Virus record (IMG/VR): IMGVR_UViG_3300036846_000743
Span: 162,074 to 226,073 of that record
DNA length: 64,000 nt
Strand: one strand, 5' to 3'
Shown: one piece after another, positions 63,066-64,000 of the stretch
How the letters are laid out: every line of letters starts with the position of its first letter
How positions within the stretch are numbered: position 1 is the stretch's first letter
Made by a program: the position numbers and the translations under genes
Notes under the pieces: model-generated
What the model was told of the DNA's origin: nothing
The model's database searches: none
What the model saw: the letters and a program-made list of their open reading frames with translations, nothing else

Positions 63066-64000
63066 GACTCCCATCCTGCCTCCTTGAATTTGTCACACCA
63101 CTCCAGGATCCAGCCGCCGAGCTGTGGTATGTATTGTCGCAGCTGTTGATCACGAACCTGCACAACATGAGCCCCTTCGAGATACGTGCCGATGTGACTC
63201 ATGCATCGCAGTGGCGTATCGTCGCTTGGCCCCAGCGGCACGTCGTCGATGATCCTCCAGAATTCCTCATTGGCCCTGATACCGGGTGACTCCCCGACCA
63301 GGTTATCCATGGGCCGCGATGCCTTCATGTGATTGACGATCGGCTTACCCACCGAACAGGCCAGATCCAGGTGGCGCATGCACTTCTGGGCGATCACGCC
63401 GCCCCAGATATCATCAAACCTGCGGAATGGCATGCCTTCACCATTGCGCGGGAAATAAAGCAAGGGGGTGATCTCGCGGCGAAATGCGATGTTCATGCCG
63501 CAGAGTGGCCAGTACTGTCGCGGGCTCATCACCCGCGAGTGCCGGTAGATATTCTTCATGGGCTTCCAGGGCTTGTAATATCCCTCGGGCGTCCAGTTGG
63601 TCAGCTCGTGAACCGCATCACGGTCCGGGATCGTAGCCCAGACGCCCATGTTCAGTGAGGTTGTCATCTCGCCGAGAGAATTCTGACGGAGCCGCGGCCG
63701 CCGCCGACCATCATCATCAGTGCCGTAAGGCATCCCTCGTGGTATGAAGCCAGGGATCGAAGTCGTCCACCGATCGGTGTGATAGAGCGCTGCCACATGC
63801 TGTTCCACGAAGCTGGCACGCGCAGCCTCGATCAGCTGGTCATGATCAGCGCCCTTGCGGTGCCAGCTGGGATCAGCCGCCAGTGCACATGGCAGACAGT
63901 CGTCGTCGAGCGTGATGACGACATCGGCCCCATGCTCGAGCACCGCGGCCAGAAAGCCCCAGGTCTTGATGCCCGAGTCGCAGCGGGCCAACCAGCCTGG
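63062..64000 (-). CDS. reversibly glycosylated polypeptide / UDP-arabinopyranose mutase-like (GT75); 5' end outside window
   Basis: DSGIKTWGF, TLDDDC, PRGMPY, GVW..IPD.DA, CGMNIAFRRE, RFDDIWGG and H.KAS....NL..E..G; frame stays open to 64000. Confidence 0.85.
   Translation of the reverse strand, partial: PGWLARCDSGIKTWGFLAAVLEHGADVVITLDDDCLPCALAADPSWHRKGADHDQLIEAARASFVEQHVAALYHTDRWTTSIPGFIPRGMPYGTDDDGRRRPRLRQNSLGEMTTSLNMGVWATIPDRDAVHELTNWTPEGYYKPWKPMKNIYRHSRVMSPRQYWPLCGMNIAFRREITPLLYFPRNGEGMPFRRFDDIWGGVIAQKCMRHLDLACSVGKPIVNHMKASRPMDNLVGESPGIRANEEFWRIIDDVPLGPSDDTPLRCMSHIGTYLEGAHVVQVRDQQLRQYIPQLGGWILEWCDKFKEAGWES

Overview
This 64-kb window looks like part of a large, GC-rich tailed dsDNA phage genome. 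Nearly all genes are on the minus strand, tightly packed, often with overlapping stop/start codons. No rRNA, tRNA or CRISPR array was seen. A Planctomycetota host is inferred only weakly, from the CsrA form and the style of several small proteins. In transcription order (right to left): a GT75/RGP-like mutase and a GT-A glycosyltransferase; csrA (the only convincing plus-strand gene, with a GGA-rich leader); SbcD/SbcC; an IS110/Nop-like protein, a Cas7/RAMP-like protein and an SF2 helicase; DnaB-like helicase, primase and a UDG-fused family A DNA polymerase; a putative SSB and a RecA-like recombinase; thyA, folA, two MazG-type proteins, a DEDDh exonuclease, a RuvC-like resolvase, a DNA methyltransferase and a ParB-like protein; about 14 kb of small accessory genes; an HNH endonuclease; a probable portal; a sulfotransferase plus four glycosyltransferase-like genes; and small Pro/Gln-rich proteins. 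Most notable: (1) adjacent stand-alone Cas7/RAMP-like and apparently inactive IS110/Nop(Tas)-like genes next to an SF2 helicase, flanked by structured intergenic RNA, with no CRISPR array; (2) a shared C-terminal tag R-x-R-[IV]-[IV]-D-[TV] on five unrelated proteins including the portal, plus one variant; (3) a two-gene CsrA circuit; (4) a Met-His-stop minigene behind a near-perfect anti-16S Shine-Dalgarno. All family calls come from motif recognition by eye; no database searches were run.
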